A stretch of 38,331 bases of DNA from a virus, in the IMG/VR virus record IMGVR_UViG_3300028829_002503; one strand, 5' to 3'. A program made the position numbers and the translations under genes. Positions within the stretch are counted from its first letter, which is position 1; each line of letters begins with the position of its first letter. Below, one piece after another: positions 26,595-35,591 of this stretch. The notes beneath the pieces are model-generated. The model was not told the origin of the DNA. It saw only the letters and a program-made list of their open reading frames with translations, and searched no databases.

Positions 26595-27803
26595 ATGAAA
26601 GTTAGAGATATATTAGGCGCAGGCTTAGAGAGAAGATTCAGAGGTCCAAGAAAACCTCGTAATAAGCAAATTGGTTTTCATAAGAAAATGAAGAAACTTC
26701 TGGACAAAGCACTTAATGAAGAAGGTGCGAGAATTCAGCATTTAGAAGACTTAATTATCTGGGATGGTTCAGTCGGTGGTCAAAAAGCAATCGCTAAATT
26801 ACATCAAGTAGAAACTTCTCCAAAATCAATCAGTATTAAATGGGATGGCTCACCAGCCGTTATCTTTGGTCGTAATGAGAATGGCGAATTCGTACTTACA
26901 GATAAGAGTGGATTTGGTGCTAAAGGTTATAACGGTAGAGTAACAAGTGCAGATGAACTAGGTGATATGTTTAATAATCGTAAGATGAAAGACCCGTCAC
27001 CAGAGAAAGTAGCAGGTAAAAAAGAATTCGTCCAAAATATGAAGACTGCATGGGACAAAATAGAAAGTGTAATACCTGCGGACTTCAGAGGATACTTACA
27101 CGGTGACTTGTTATGGTTCTCAACGCCACAATCAAAAGACGGCAGACTTATATTCAAGCCAAATGTAACAACATATTCAGTAGATTCTAAAAGTGATATC
27201 GGTAAAAAGATAATTAATTATGATGTCGGCATCGTAGTGCATGTAGTAATGGACTTAGAGGGTAACAAAAGCAATGTAGATATGGGTAAACTTCAAGCAG
27301 GCAAAACATGGATTATGCCTCCAGTATATGTTACTAAATCTCCAGGCGTTGACTTGCCAGAAGTAGACAGATTAGAAAGTTATTTAAAATCAAATGCAAA
27401 TGCAATTGATAAGTTACTAGCAGTTCCAGCCGAATTAAAAATGGCAGACTTTGGTAATATTCTTTACACTTATATTAATAATAGTGTGAAAGCAGGAAAC
27501 CTAGATAAACTAGGAAATAATTTCAGTGAATGGGTAGCCTCATCAAAACTAAGTGGACCTAAGAAAGAACGAGTAGTTCAATGGGTAGAACAAAATAGTG
27601 ATGGCTTTGAGGCAATCTTCCAATTCATTAATGGTGTTATGACCACAAAGAACAAAATTATTAAAACGTTAGATTCTCAACCAGCAGATATCGAAGCAAG
27701 TACAGATGGTCAGAAAGGTGGAGAAGGATACGTAATAGACAAGGATGTGAAACTGGTAAATAGAGCAGGATTCACAGCGGCAAACATGAGGCAAGAGAGA
27801 TAA
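26595..27803 (+). CDS. ATP-dependent ligase-like nucleotidyltransferase (DUF6267-like, RNA-ligase fold)
   Basis: HLED, motif I IKWDGSP, motif III LHGDLL, motif IV GEGYV and motif V VKLVNR. Confidence 0.7.
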   Translation: MKVRDILGAGLERRFRGPRKPRNKQIGFHKKMKKLLDKALNEEGARIQHLEDLIIWDGSVGGQKAIAKLHQVETSPKSISIKWDGSPAVIFGRNENGEFVLTDKSGFGAKGYNGRVTSADELGDMFNNRKMKDPSPEKVAGKKEFVQNMKTAWDKIESVIPADFRGYLHGDLLWFSTPQSKDGRLIFKPNVTTYSVDSKSDIGKKIINYDVGIVVHVVMDLEGNKSNVDMGKLQAGKTWIMPPVYVTKSPGVDLPEVDRLESYLKSNANAIDKLLAVPAELKMADFGNILYTYINNSVKAGNLDKLGNNFSEWVASSKLSGPKKERVVQWVEQNSDGFEAIFQFINGVMTTKNKIIKTLDSQPADIEASTDGQKGGEGYVIDKDVKLVNRAGFTAANMRQER

Positions 27804-27828
27804 TTTTTTAACTACTAATAATAAGACC

Positions 27829-27966
27829 ATGGGAAAAAGAACAATACCGTATACACAAGTAAGAAAAAAAGGGCAGAAGCCAGTTAAGAAAGATATGTCA
27901 CACTCGACTTTCACAGCGAAAAGGCATCCTAACAGCAAACGTGTTACAAGTGGTGCATTTAAGTAA
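27829..27966 (+). CDS. 45-aa highly basic peptide (not in ORF track)
   Basis: MGKRTIPYTQVRKKGQKPVKKDMSHSTFTAKRHPNSKRVTSGAFK*; fills the intergenic gap. Confidence 0.6.
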   Translation: MGKRTIPYTQVRKKGQKPVKKDMSHSTFTAKRHPNSKRVTSGAFK

Positions 27967-27981
27967 GATAAATACATGTAA
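27967..27981 (+). promoter_or_regulatory. Late-type promoter GATAAATACATGTAA
   Basis: Identical 15-mer also found at 31227 and 33799. Confidence 0.7.
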
Positions 27982-28003
27982 CGGGTAAGAAAAGGAAGAA
28001 GTG

Positions 28004-28201
28004 ATGTACAGTAAAGAGTGTAAATTGCATTTAGAAGAGGCAGATATGACACGCTGGCAACATTTCAGACATGCACTAAGTATTGCTTGGAATTTGAAAC
28101 TTGCCGCAGGTGCGGTATTCATACATGCATTTGCGCCAAGATATTTCAAATCATATGCAAGTGAGACATGTGATAGAATTGCGAAAGAGAATAAAAAATG
28201 A
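28004..28201 (+). CDS. DUF6356-like small protein
   Basis: HL...MT.WQH..HA...IHA..P..F..YAS pattern. Confidence 0.65.
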   Translation: MYSKECKLHLEEADMTRWQHFRHALSIAWNLKLAAGAVFIHAFAPRYFKSYASETCDRIAKENKK

Positions 28202-28971
28202 GTAAATTAAGACTTGTAAATACTTTATCAGAAAGTAGATTATTTAGAACAAAGAAAATGACCAGCGATGTCAATATAAATGATGCCGCTGATATAGTTT
28301 TCGTTCATTTTCTTATATTAAATATTTTTAATAAAGATTATGACTTTGCTCCGTTGGCAGGTGATATCGCTTCTCGTACTATGTCTTATCGAAACTTTGA
28401 TTATTTTAGAACTAATGGCACAGATATGTATATGGCTCTTAATCGTTTGATGGGCAAAGATGGTGATAAAGATGCTGATGAAAAAGATGAGATAGCAAAA
28501 AGCAGACTTATGTTACAAAAGCCAGATATTCTAAGATTCCTTACTCATTATTCTAATAACAGAAGTGATACATCGTTTGAGCAAAGATATCTATTGAGAT
28601 ATCAAAGAAATTTAAATGTCCAAGACGGTATGTTAAAGTCTGTTCGTAGACTTGTAGGCGACTGGGATAATCTAAGTCAAAATCAAAGAGCATTAGTTGT
28701 TACACGATTAGTTCAGTGGATGCGTAGAAAAGCGAGATTGGCAGAAATAATGCCAGCACTTTTAAAACTACAGAAACGTGGTAACTATATTGTTGATGAT
28801 AGTGAAGATACAAAGAAAAAGTTATGGGATAAACCAGCGGTAAAAGCAGCCGCAGGAGCCGCCGCAGTTATTGGTGGTATTGCTGGTGCTAAAGCATTAG
28901 GCAGAAGATTAGGTAAATCAACATATAGCGACAATCCTTACGGAATTGGTAGACATAACAGAAGTAAATAA
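28198..28971 (+). CDS. Hypothetical probable virion protein with C-terminal Ala/Gly hydrophobic segment
   Basis: N-terminal ...LSE|SRLFR; C-terminal AAAGAAAVIGGIAGAKALG. Confidence 0.75.
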   Translation: MSKLRLVNTLSESRLFRTKKMTSDVNINDAADIVFVHFLILNIFNKDYDFAPLAGDIASRTMSYRNFDYFRTNGTDMYMALNRLMGKDGDKDADEKDEIAKSRLMLQKPDILRFLTHYSNNRSDTSFEQRYLLRYQRNLNVQDGMLKSVRRLVGDWDNLSQNQRALVVTRLVQWMRRKARLAEIMPALLKLQKRGNYIVDDSEDTKKKLWDKPAVKAAAGAAAVIGGIAGAKALGRRLGKSTYSDNPYGIGRHNRSK

Positions 28972-28997
28972 TTTAAATTAAATTAATTAATTCAAAT

Positions 28998-29020
28998 AGG
29001 AGACATAATGTCTCCTTTTT
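28998..29020 (+). terminator. Intrinsic terminator
   Basis: AGGAGACA-TAA-TGTCTCCT followed by TTTT. Confidence 0.8.
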
Positions 29021-29054
29021 AGTTTTGCTTGAAGATAAATTACCGGCTACAAAT

Positions 29055-29062
29055 GATAAATA
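29055..29062 (+). promoter_or_regulatory. Late-type promoter GATAAATA
   Basis: Intergenic, after the terminator and before the 29095 operon. Confidence 0.65.
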
Positions 29063-29094
29063 CAATTAGTAATTTAATTTAGGGAGATGCTACG

Positions 29095-29346
29095 ATGTCT
29101 GAAAAGGAACCAAAATTAGCACATTTAGAAGCAGAGAGTTTAGAGACCCACGTAGCAGTATGTTACGAGAGATATCATCATTTCAATAAGTCATTAAAAG
29201 ATATTAATGAAAAGATTGATAAGAATGAAGCAGTAATGGAAAAAGGTTTTGCAGAAACGAAGAAAATTTTGATATGGACAGCATCAACTTTATTTTCGAC
29301 AATGTTAATTGCCTTATTCGCACAGATGTTTAACTTTTTAGGCTAA
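29095..29346 (+). CDS. Coiled-coil plus C-terminal TM protein (holin/XhlA-like architecture)
   Basis: GGGAG SD; HVAVCYERY, a coiled coil, then ILIWTASTLFSTMLIALFA. Confidence 0.65.
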   Translation: MSEKEPKLAHLEAESLETHVAVCYERYHHFNKSLKDINEKIDKNEAVMEKGFAETKKILIWTASTLFSTMLIALFAQMFNFLG

Positions 29347-29350
29347 TAAG

Positions 29351-29629
29351 ATGTTATTTGAAGAAATTTCTGAAGAGATATATGAAGCGAAACTTGTTTA
29401 TGCCCGTAAAGGCAGAAGCATTGTTCGTAAATATAGATGTGGTTCAGGAAGACTCAAAGGTAAAACAGTCTCAACGCCTGGTGCTTGTTTTAAACCAGTT
29501 AATATGAAGAAACGTTTCACATTAGCAAGAACAAAAGCAAAAATGGGTGCAAGAATGAAGCGTAAAGCGAAAATGACTAAGCGAATGAATCCAGCGAGTA
29601 AGCGTTTAAAGACACTAAATAGAAGGTAA
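29351..29629 (+). CDS. Very basic protein with acidic leader, probable head-core DNA-binding protein
   Basis: MLFEEISEEIYE| followed by a K/R-rich body with no acidic residues. Confidence 0.75.
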   Translation: MLFEEISEEIYEAKLVYARKGRSIVRKYRCGSGRLKGKTVSTPGACFKPVNMKKRFTLARTKAKMGARMKRKAKMTKRMNPASKRLKTLNRR

Positions 29630-29640
29630 CGGAGAATATA

Positions 29641-30354
29641 ATGTCATTAAAGAATGAAATAGAAAAAGAAATGTTTGTAGAAAGTATCGAGGATAGATTC
29701 CAAGATATTGCGTCTCTTATTGATTCTCCAATTGAAGATGTACAGAAAAGAATGAAATCATTAAGTTTTTCTGACTATATTAAAGTAATGTCTGCATTAA
29801 AATCTAAAGATGTATCTACAATTAAAGATATGATGGGATTAACAGAAGGTTGGTCAGAACTTCCTGCTATGCCAGACAAATATATAGCAAGAGATGGACT
29901 AGAAGGTCCAATTATGACTAAATCTGGTAAAGTTGTATACTACGACCCGAAAGAGGGCAGTTATTATGACCCAGATACAGACATTTATCTATCATATGAT
30001 GAGTGGAAAGATTTAGATGAAGCCTACAGTACAGGTTCACAAGGACCTGATGATACGGAACAACAAGTATCTAGGGCAGACCAAATGGCAGCAGATAACA
30101 AATTAAAAACACAAAGAACCCAAGCAATGCAAAGACTTGGAAGAGATAACCTAGGTGGTGCAACTGCGGCACAAACAGCAATGGCTATGGATAAAGCAGA
30201 ACAAGGACTTGTATTGACTCCAATACAACGTCAAGCAATGGCACACCAAGCACAAAACTTAGACAATCTGGCAATGAACCCAGATACTAGAATACAGTTT
30301 AGAAATTTACTTAATAGATTACAGACCCAGAAAGATAAAGAGCAGGGCCAATGA
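29641..30354 (+). CDS. Modular hypothetical virion protein
   Basis: GGAG SD; YYDP-repeat cassette bounded by LTE and LDE. Confidence 0.75.
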   Translation: MSLKNEIEKEMFVESIEDRFQDIASLIDSPIEDVQKRMKSLSFSDYIKVMSALKSKDVSTIKDMMGLTEGWSELPAMPDKYIARDGLEGPIMTKSGKVVYYDPKEGSYYDPDTDIYLSYDEWKDLDEAYSTGSQGPDDTEQQVSRADQMAADNKLKTQRTQAMQRLGRDNLGGATAAQTAMAMDKAEQGLVLTPIQRQAMAHQAQNLDNLAMNPDTRIQFRNLLNRLQTQKDKEQGQ

Positions 30355-30545
30355 AATTAAAAGAAATATTAGGTGGATTATTTGTAATGATTACTGAGGA
30401 AGAGGAAGATTTAATAACTAAATATTTCTCTGAAGGAGATTACGTAAATGAATCGCAATTGTCAGGAAGAGAACAAGTCTTGGCAGAGAAACTATCACAT
30501 AAAGGTGTATTAGTTCCTACAGTGCGAGGATATAAAACTGTTTAA
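30351..30545 (+). CDS. Small hypothetical protein
   Basis: ATGA coupling; MKLKEIL N-terminus; winged-helix-like C-terminal pattern. Confidence 0.75.
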   Translation: MKLKEILGGLFVMITEEEEDLITKYFSEGDYVNESQLSGREQVLAEKLSHKGVLVPTVRGYKTV

Positions 30546-30562
30546 TAACTAGGGAGTTCTAA

Positions 30563-31183
30563 ATGTCAGTACCAAGTAAAAAAGATGTAAACATGATGGC
30601 CAATCTAATGAAAGTTATGAATGGCGAGACGGTTAAACTACAAGAAGAAACATCTTCTGAATCCAATTCAACACAGCCAATCGATATCACACCTGGAGTA
30701 AAACGTGCAGACGTTGATGCTATGGCAAAGATTATGGCAGGGTTTAATGAAGCAACAACAAGTGTAGCACACAAAGTCAAAAAAACAATCACAGAATCTA
30801 CTAAAACTGAGAAAGGCGTCAAGGTTGGTGCATTTTCAGTAGAAAAGAATGCAGAAAATAGATACAATATATTAGATACTCGTAGTGACTCTGTATTATT
30901 TGAAGATATTCAACTATATGAAACAGTTTGTTGTATTGCTAATCATCTTAATGAGGGTAAAACAATTAATTCATCAGAAATTATGGAAATAATTCGAATT
31001 AATGAGATGTTTGAACGCCATTATAGTAGTGCAGTTCAACATAAGCACTCATATCAAGTTGCCAAAAGAGCAGTCAATGAGGGTAGAATGGACATTGCTC
31101 AAGCAAGATTTTCTCAATCAAAACACGAGGCTGGCAAAGCCAAGCGTAAGATATCCCAACTCTACGAAAATATAATCCTTTAA
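30563..31183 (+). CDS. Hypothetical probable head-associated protein
   Basis: GGGAG SD; duplicated D(V)xxMAx(L/I)M motif; LQE and ITE sites. Confidence 0.75.
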   Translation: MSVPSKKDVNMMANLMKVMNGETVKLQEETSSESNSTQPIDITPGVKRADVDAMAKIMAGFNEATTSVAHKVKKTITESTKTEKGVKVGAFSVEKNAENRYNILDTRSDSVLFEDIQLYETVCCIANHLNEGKTINSSEIMEIIRINEMFERHYSSAVQHKHSYQVAKRAVNEGRMDIAQARFSQSKHEAGKAKRKISQLYENIIL

Positions 31184-31197
31184 TATAGTATTATGTG

Positions 31198-31250
31198 AAT
31201 GCATAAATAGATTTATGTATTAAAAAGATAAATACATGTAATATGTATTA
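31198..31250 (+). promoter_or_regulatory. Late-type promoter(s) within inverted repeats
   Basis: CATAAATA at 31202 and GATAAATACATGTAA at 31227. Confidence 0.65.
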
Positions 31251-31265
31251 ATATTGGGATTTATT

Positions 31266-31868
31266 ATGAATTTAAACGACAACAAATTTTTTAACTCAAC
31301 AGACATCCATGTGTCTTCTCGTATGAATGAATACTTGAAGAAGAACTTTGGATATGAAGTTGATGGAGATATGGCTACTTTGGAAGAAGCAAAGCAGGCA
31401 TTACAATTAGAACAAGTTGAATTGAAAAAAAATTCATATATGTCTAAGAAGTATATGGAAAATATGCTTATGATTGAAACAATCACTTCATTATTGAAAG
31501 CCCATGGCGAAGATACTACATCTTCATATGCACATGAAGAGGTTACTGAAGAGTTGGACTTACCAGAGACTGGCGATACAACTACCAGTGACGCTAGTCC
31601 AGAGACAGAAGAAGTAGCCGAAGATGAAGAAGAAAAAGGTCCTGACCATTACAGATGGAAGAACGACTCACAATTATCTATCGCTAAAGATAAATTAGAG
31701 CAGACAATGGAAGAATTAGTATCTGCTATAAACTATAGAGAAGACAATAAACGCAATTTAATGGGTAATGGCGACAAAGCCGGTTCAGGTGATTTATATA
31801 AAATGCTTGATACACTAAGAGAATTGCACGATAACTGGGATGAAAATACCAAGTATTACGGAATGTAA
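31266..31868 (+). CDS. Hypothetical acidic probable head protein
   Basis: ORF after the late motif; acidic linker containing VTE and VAE sites. Confidence 0.75.
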   Translation: MNLNDNKFFNSTDIHVSSRMNEYLKKNFGYEVDGDMATLEEAKQALQLEQVELKKNSYMSKKYMENMLMIETITSLLKAHGEDTTSSYAHEEVTEELDLPETGDTTTSDASPETEEVAEDEEEKGPDHYRWKNDSQLSIAKDKLEQTMEELVSAINYREDNKRNLMGNGDKAGSGDLYKMLDTLRELHDNWDENTKYYGM

Positions 31869-31892
31869 TTAATTAATAACCAAGGAAATAAA

Positions 31893-32348
31893 ATGGAAAA
31901 AACTAACTTAGAAAAGACTTTAATGGAAGAGTTAAACGCTCTACTTGAAGTTGATGCGGCTGAGGCAGAAATCACAATGGCAGCCAGAGGCATTGTTGAT
32001 GAATTACAAGACGTAATTGAGAAACTTGGCAAAATTCAAAATGACCAAATCGGTCCACTAGCAGACGAAATGGCATACTCACACGGTCCTGACCAAGCGG
32101 CAACGTTTAAAGGTTCAGTTGATGATGCGATTAATGGTTTACTAGGACAAGCACGTTCTGCCAAAGATGCAGTAGCAGATGCAACACTTGTACTATCAGG
32201 CGAAAAATCATCTGATGACATGAGTGATGTTGAACTTGGTGGCGATATGGGTGATGACTTTGTAAACGATATCGAAGCAGATATGGGTGGTGATGAATCA
32301 GCATCAGGCGGCGAAGAAAATCCTTTAGGTAGAGAAGAAAGAGATTAA
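31893..32348 (+). CDS. Acidic helical probable prohead core/scaffold-type protein
   Basis: AAGGA SD; LLE site; D/G/M-rich tail ending PLGREERD. Confidence 0.7.
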   Translation: MEKTNLEKTLMEELNALLEVDAAEAEITMAARGIVDELQDVIEKLGKIQNDQIGPLADEMAYSHGPDQAATFKGSVDDAINGLLGQARSAKDAVADATLVLSGEKSSDDMSDVELGGDMGDDFVNDIEADMGGDESASGGEENPLGREERD

Positions 32349-32349
32349 T

Positions 32350-32670
32350 ATGAAAATTAGTGGACTTCTTTTAGAGAAGGCAAACTATGATGCTCAATTA
32401 ATGGGCGATATTAATGCTTATCTCATTTCATTAAAAGCAAACGATATTCCATCAGTTGGGATGGATATGATGGTCCGCGAGTTGAACGGAATGGGTTATA
32501 CAGTTGACGCAGAGTCAATCGTAGATTTATTGGCAAATAGTAAGTATATCTCTAAAGTAACAATTGATACAATTGATTTAGTTCATCCAACAAAAAATAA
32601 AGACAAGGCTGATAAAGACACAGTACGCAAACTGGCAGTCAAAACAGCAAAAACAAAGGTGAAAAAATAA
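32350..32670 (+). CDS. Hypothetical protein
   Basis: MKISGLLLE| leader; basic C-terminus. Confidence 0.75.
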   Translation: MKISGLLLEKANYDAQLMGDINAYLISLKANDIPSVGMDMMVRELNGMGYTVDAESIVDLLANSKYISKVTIDTIDLVHPTKNKDKADKDTVRKLAVKTAKTKVKK

Positions 32671-33080
32671 TGGCACTAATAACTAGTAAACCAATTATAA
32701 CAATCTCTAAAGAAGAAATGAAGAAACACGTTGAAGAATTAGAGAAAAATCCAGAAAAAGGGCTTGAAAGTTTATCTCCTGAAAAGAAAGCAATTAGAAA
32801 AGAAGTCCAAGATGCAAAACGTCATAGAGAGTTTATGAAACGTGTTGCAGATAACGAAGCAAAAGATTTAGCAAACGCAGTAGCAACTAGCGAAATCGTA
32901 TCAATTGCTGTAGGCGAAACAGTTAAAACAGCAGAAGAGACTGTAGAAATTCCAGAAGTTGATTTTGAATCTATGACTAAAAAACAGATAGATATGTGGG
33001 CTGAAGAAAATCTAGGTATTCAATTAGATAGACGCCACACTAAAGCGAAATTAATCAAAGAAATTAAAGAAAATCTTTAA
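32670..33080 (+). CDS. Hypothetical protein with C-terminal Rho-N/HeH-like motif
   Basis: DFESMTKKQIDMWAEENLGIQLDRRHTKAKLIKEI. Confidence 0.7.
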   Translation: MALITSKPIITISKEEMKKHVEELEKNPEKGLESLSPEKKAIRKEVQDAKRHREFMKRVADNEAKDLANAVATSEIVSIAVGETVKTAEETVEIPEVDFESMTKKQIDMWAEENLGIQLDRRHTKAKLIKEIKENL

Positions 33081-33088
33081 TAATTTAC

Positions 33089-33117
33089 TTGATTTCTAAG
33101 TCAAAGTATAGTATAAT
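33089..33117 (+). promoter_or_regulatory. sigma70-type promoter, probably leaderless for the exonuclease
   Basis: TTGATT-N17-TATAAT, then 6 nt, then ATG. Confidence 0.7.
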
Positions 33118-33123
33118 AATACT

Positions 33124-33813
33124 ATGCTTAACGAAAAATTTACCTATAAACCCTTAGAAAGAGTAAACATTAAAGGCAGTCGGCACTATCAAACGCCCGA
33201 CGGACAGCCTTTACCCAGTGTTACTACTGTACTTGATGCATTAAAAGATAAAACTGCTTTATTTGAGTGGCGCAAACGTGTCGGCAACGAAGAAGCAGAT
33301 AGAATTATGCGACTTGCTAGTGGTATTGGAACACAAGTTCACTTACACCTCGAAAAATATATATTAGAAGAAGATAGACCTAATGGTTCAAATCTGATAC
33401 ATCAGATGGCAAGAGAATTGTCAGAGATTGTCATTGAACGTGGCCTGTCTAAAGTAGATGAAGTATGGGGAACAGAAGTTCCTTTATATTATCCCGGATT
33501 ATACGCAGGAACAACAGACTGTGTTGGTGTATATGAAGGCAAACCAGCAATTATTGATTTCAAAACAACTCGTAAACCAAAGAAACGAGAATGGATTGAT
33601 GATTACTTTCTACAAGGTGCGGCATATGCCGAAGCCCATAACGAAATTTACGGCACTGATATCAAAACGATTGTTATAATGATGATTGGTTGGGATGCAG
33701 AAGCGGACAATATGGGTAACTATCAGGAATTTGTTGTTGACTTGAATGACTATGAACAGTATGCGAGACTGTGGGCAAGTAAGGTTCAAGCGTATTTTGA
33801 TAAATACATGTAA
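33124..33813 (+). CDS. PD-(D/E)XK exonuclease
   Basis: LPSVTTVL, GTQVH, E-x9-GTTD, IIDFKT and QGAAYA. Confidence 0.88.
   Translation: MLNEKFTYKPLERVNIKGSRHYQTPDGQPLPSVTTVLDALKDKTALFEWRKRVGNEEADRIMRLASGIGTQVHLHLEKYILEEDRPNGSNLIHQMARELSEIVIERGLSKVDEVWGTEVPLYYPGLYAGTTDCVGVYEGKPAIIDFKTTRKPKKREWIDDYFLQGAAYAEAHNEIYGTDIKTIVIMMIGWDAEADNMGNYQEFVVDLNDYEQYARLWASKVQAYFDKYM
33799..33813 (+). promoter_or_regulatory. Late-type promoter GATAAATACATGTAA within the exonuclease 3' end
   Basis: The motif encodes the last residues DKYM* and precedes the GGGAG SD of the 33829 gene. Confidence 0.65.
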
Positions 33814-33828
33814 TAATGGGAGTTTAAT

Positions 33829-34779
33829 ATGGCAACAAATGTAAAAATTTTATTAAGGCGTGGCACTAGGTCAGAAATCTCAGGAGATACATTATCTGCT
33901 GGTGAGTTAGGCTATACTACTGATACTAATCAACTGTATGTTGGTACTGCGGCATCTGTTGAAGAAATTATATTCGACCCATTCGCAAATGCTCATTCTG
34001 TTGTTCAGACATACTTAAACACGTATTCCACCCAACCAGGATTAGAGATAGATGAAGATTTAGTAATTTCAAATATTAATCCAGTAAGTGTTACTGCAGG
34101 CGCCTTTGTTATTGATACTGTATACACTATAACATCAGTTGGTACAACAGATTTTACATTGATAGGTGCTAGTGCAAACACAGTTGGTATAGTGTTTACT
34201 GCAACAGGAGTAGGTACAGGAACTGGAACAGCGACATATAGTGGAGTAGACGCACTCATTTCTGATATGCAAACTAGTGGCACATTTAATGTGAACATTT
34301 TTGGTAGAGCAAAAAAGAATGTAGAAGTTCTTACTGAAAAGAGTTTTAGCCAATTGTATGCCAATATTAAGTTAGAGTCTAATTCTTCGGCAAGTGGACT
34401 ACGTTCAGATTTGTTTAAGAAAGATTTAGCAACAACATCTGGCACTTTTCTAAAGTATGCAAAAACAGACTCTACTTCGTTCTTCATCGATTACTCATTA
34501 AAGCAAGTAGGCACATCACCAGCAATCACATTTGTTCGTGTGGGTAGACTTCAAGTTATTAATGGTGCGGCAATTACACCAGCAATTGCACAAGCAAAAC
34601 TTACAGATACAAACACAGAAATATGGCAAGATGATGGCGATTCAATCGCACAATCAGATGAATTTTCTAATATAGTTTTCACAGCAGTTATTGATGGTGA
34701 TAATATGAAGATTAATTATACACAAGATGCAAATTTCACAACCGAAATATCATATACTGTAAAAAGATGGACGATGTAA
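33829..34779 (+). CDS. Tail-fibre/adhesin-type structural protein with Mtd N-terminal-like motif
   Basis: KILLRRG...LSAGELGYTTDTNQLYVG N-terminus; T/S/G-rich beta body. Confidence 0.7.
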   Translation: MATNVKILLRRGTRSEISGDTLSAGELGYTTDTNQLYVGTAASVEEIIFDPFANAHSVVQTYLNTYSTQPGLEIDEDLVISNINPVSVTAGAFVIDTVYTITSVGTTDFTLIGASANTVGIVFTATGVGTGTGTATYSGVDALISDMQTSGTFNVNIFGRAKKNVEVLTEKSFSQLYANIKLESNSSASGLRSDLFKKDLATTSGTFLKYAKTDSTSFFIDYSLKQVGTSPAITFVRVGRLQVINGAAITPAIAQAKLTDTNTEIWQDDGDSIAQSDEFSNIVFTAVIDGDNMKINYTQDANFTTEISYTVKRWTM

Positions 34780-35223
34780 ATGCAAGATAAAGCAATTTTG
34801 CTTTATGAATGGCGCCAGTTACGATTAAAATTACAAAAAGACTTCAACGAAACAACACTGCAAGAAATCGTCAATTGGTGGAAAGCCTTTCCCTATTCAG
34901 CAAATGGATTCAACTATGATGATGTAACTACTTTTCCAGATGTATGGGAATACATTAATGAAGAGTTTTACACTAATAGTGGTAATGGACTTGGATGTTT
35001 CTACACATTATACCATTCATACCCAAAAAACAAACCTGAATTATGGCTAATATTAGACTTAAGTGAGGGTGGAGAAATATACTTAGTTGCTTACATGGAC
35101 GGTTATGTACTTAATCGAAAGAATGGTAAAGTAGACAAGTATGAAGAAATCAAAGATGACATAGATATTATGGAAAGAATTACGTACAAAGATATAGAAC
35201 CACACCTTAAAGGTAGGAAATAA
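34780..35223 (+). CDS. Hypothetical protein
   Basis: Abuts the previous stop codon; EWRQLR, WWKAFP and GLGCFYTL motifs. Confidence 0.75.
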   Translation: MQDKAILLYEWRQLRLKLQKDFNETTLQEIVNWWKAFPYSANGFNYDDVTTFPDVWEYINEEFYTNSGNGLGCFYTLYHSYPKNKPELWLILDLSEGGEIYLVAYMDGYVLNRKNGKVDKYEEIKDDIDIMERITYKDIEPHLKGRK

Positions 35224-35241
35224 TTAAGTGCGTAGTTTTTG

Positions 35242-35260
35242 TATAAATAAATACATATAA
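35242..35260 (+). promoter_or_regulatory. Late-type promoter TATAAATA
   Basis: Exact T4 late consensus, with an overlapping AATAAATACATATAA. Confidence 0.65.
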
Positions 35261-35279
35261 CAACAACAGGTAAATAACA

Positions 35280-35591
35280 ATGCTAAAAGAAAAAACATAT
35301 GAAAAAGGTGATATCGTAACATTATACTTACAAACAGGTCAAGAAATCTTAGGAAAATTTGATGCTGAAGATGATTCTAATGTAGTTATTACAAAGCCAT
35401 TAACAATTGCTATGGGACCAAAAGGTGCGGCATTTCAAACTTTCACTGTAACAGGTGATAGTGAGAATAATGTGCATTTTAAGTCTGATAAAATCATTTC
35501 AGTGTTAAAGACTAGAAAAGACACGGCTGATTCATATATCCAAGCAACTTCAACAATTATAACTCCAGAAAAAGGAGGTTTGATAACATAA
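35280..35591 (+). CDS. Sm/LSm-fold-like protein
   Basis: GDIVTLYLQTGQEILGKF....VVITKP resembles Sm1; NVHFKSDKIISV resembles Sm2. Confidence 0.65.
   Translation: MLKEKTYEKGDIVTLYLQTGQEILGKFDAEDDSNVVITKPLTIAMGPKGAAFQTFTVTGDSENNVHFKSDKIISVLKTRKDTADSYIQATSTIITPEKGGLIT

Noticed and set aside
33124-33813. Cas4/CRISPR association
   Set aside because: Lacks the Fe-S Cys cluster and any cas neighbours; it is an ordinary phage PD-(D/E)XK nuclease.
33829-34779. Diversity-generating retroelement suggested by the Mtd-like N-terminus
   Set aside because: No reverse transcriptase or TR/VR repeat pair in the window; the N-terminal motif alone is a general fibre-attachment motif.
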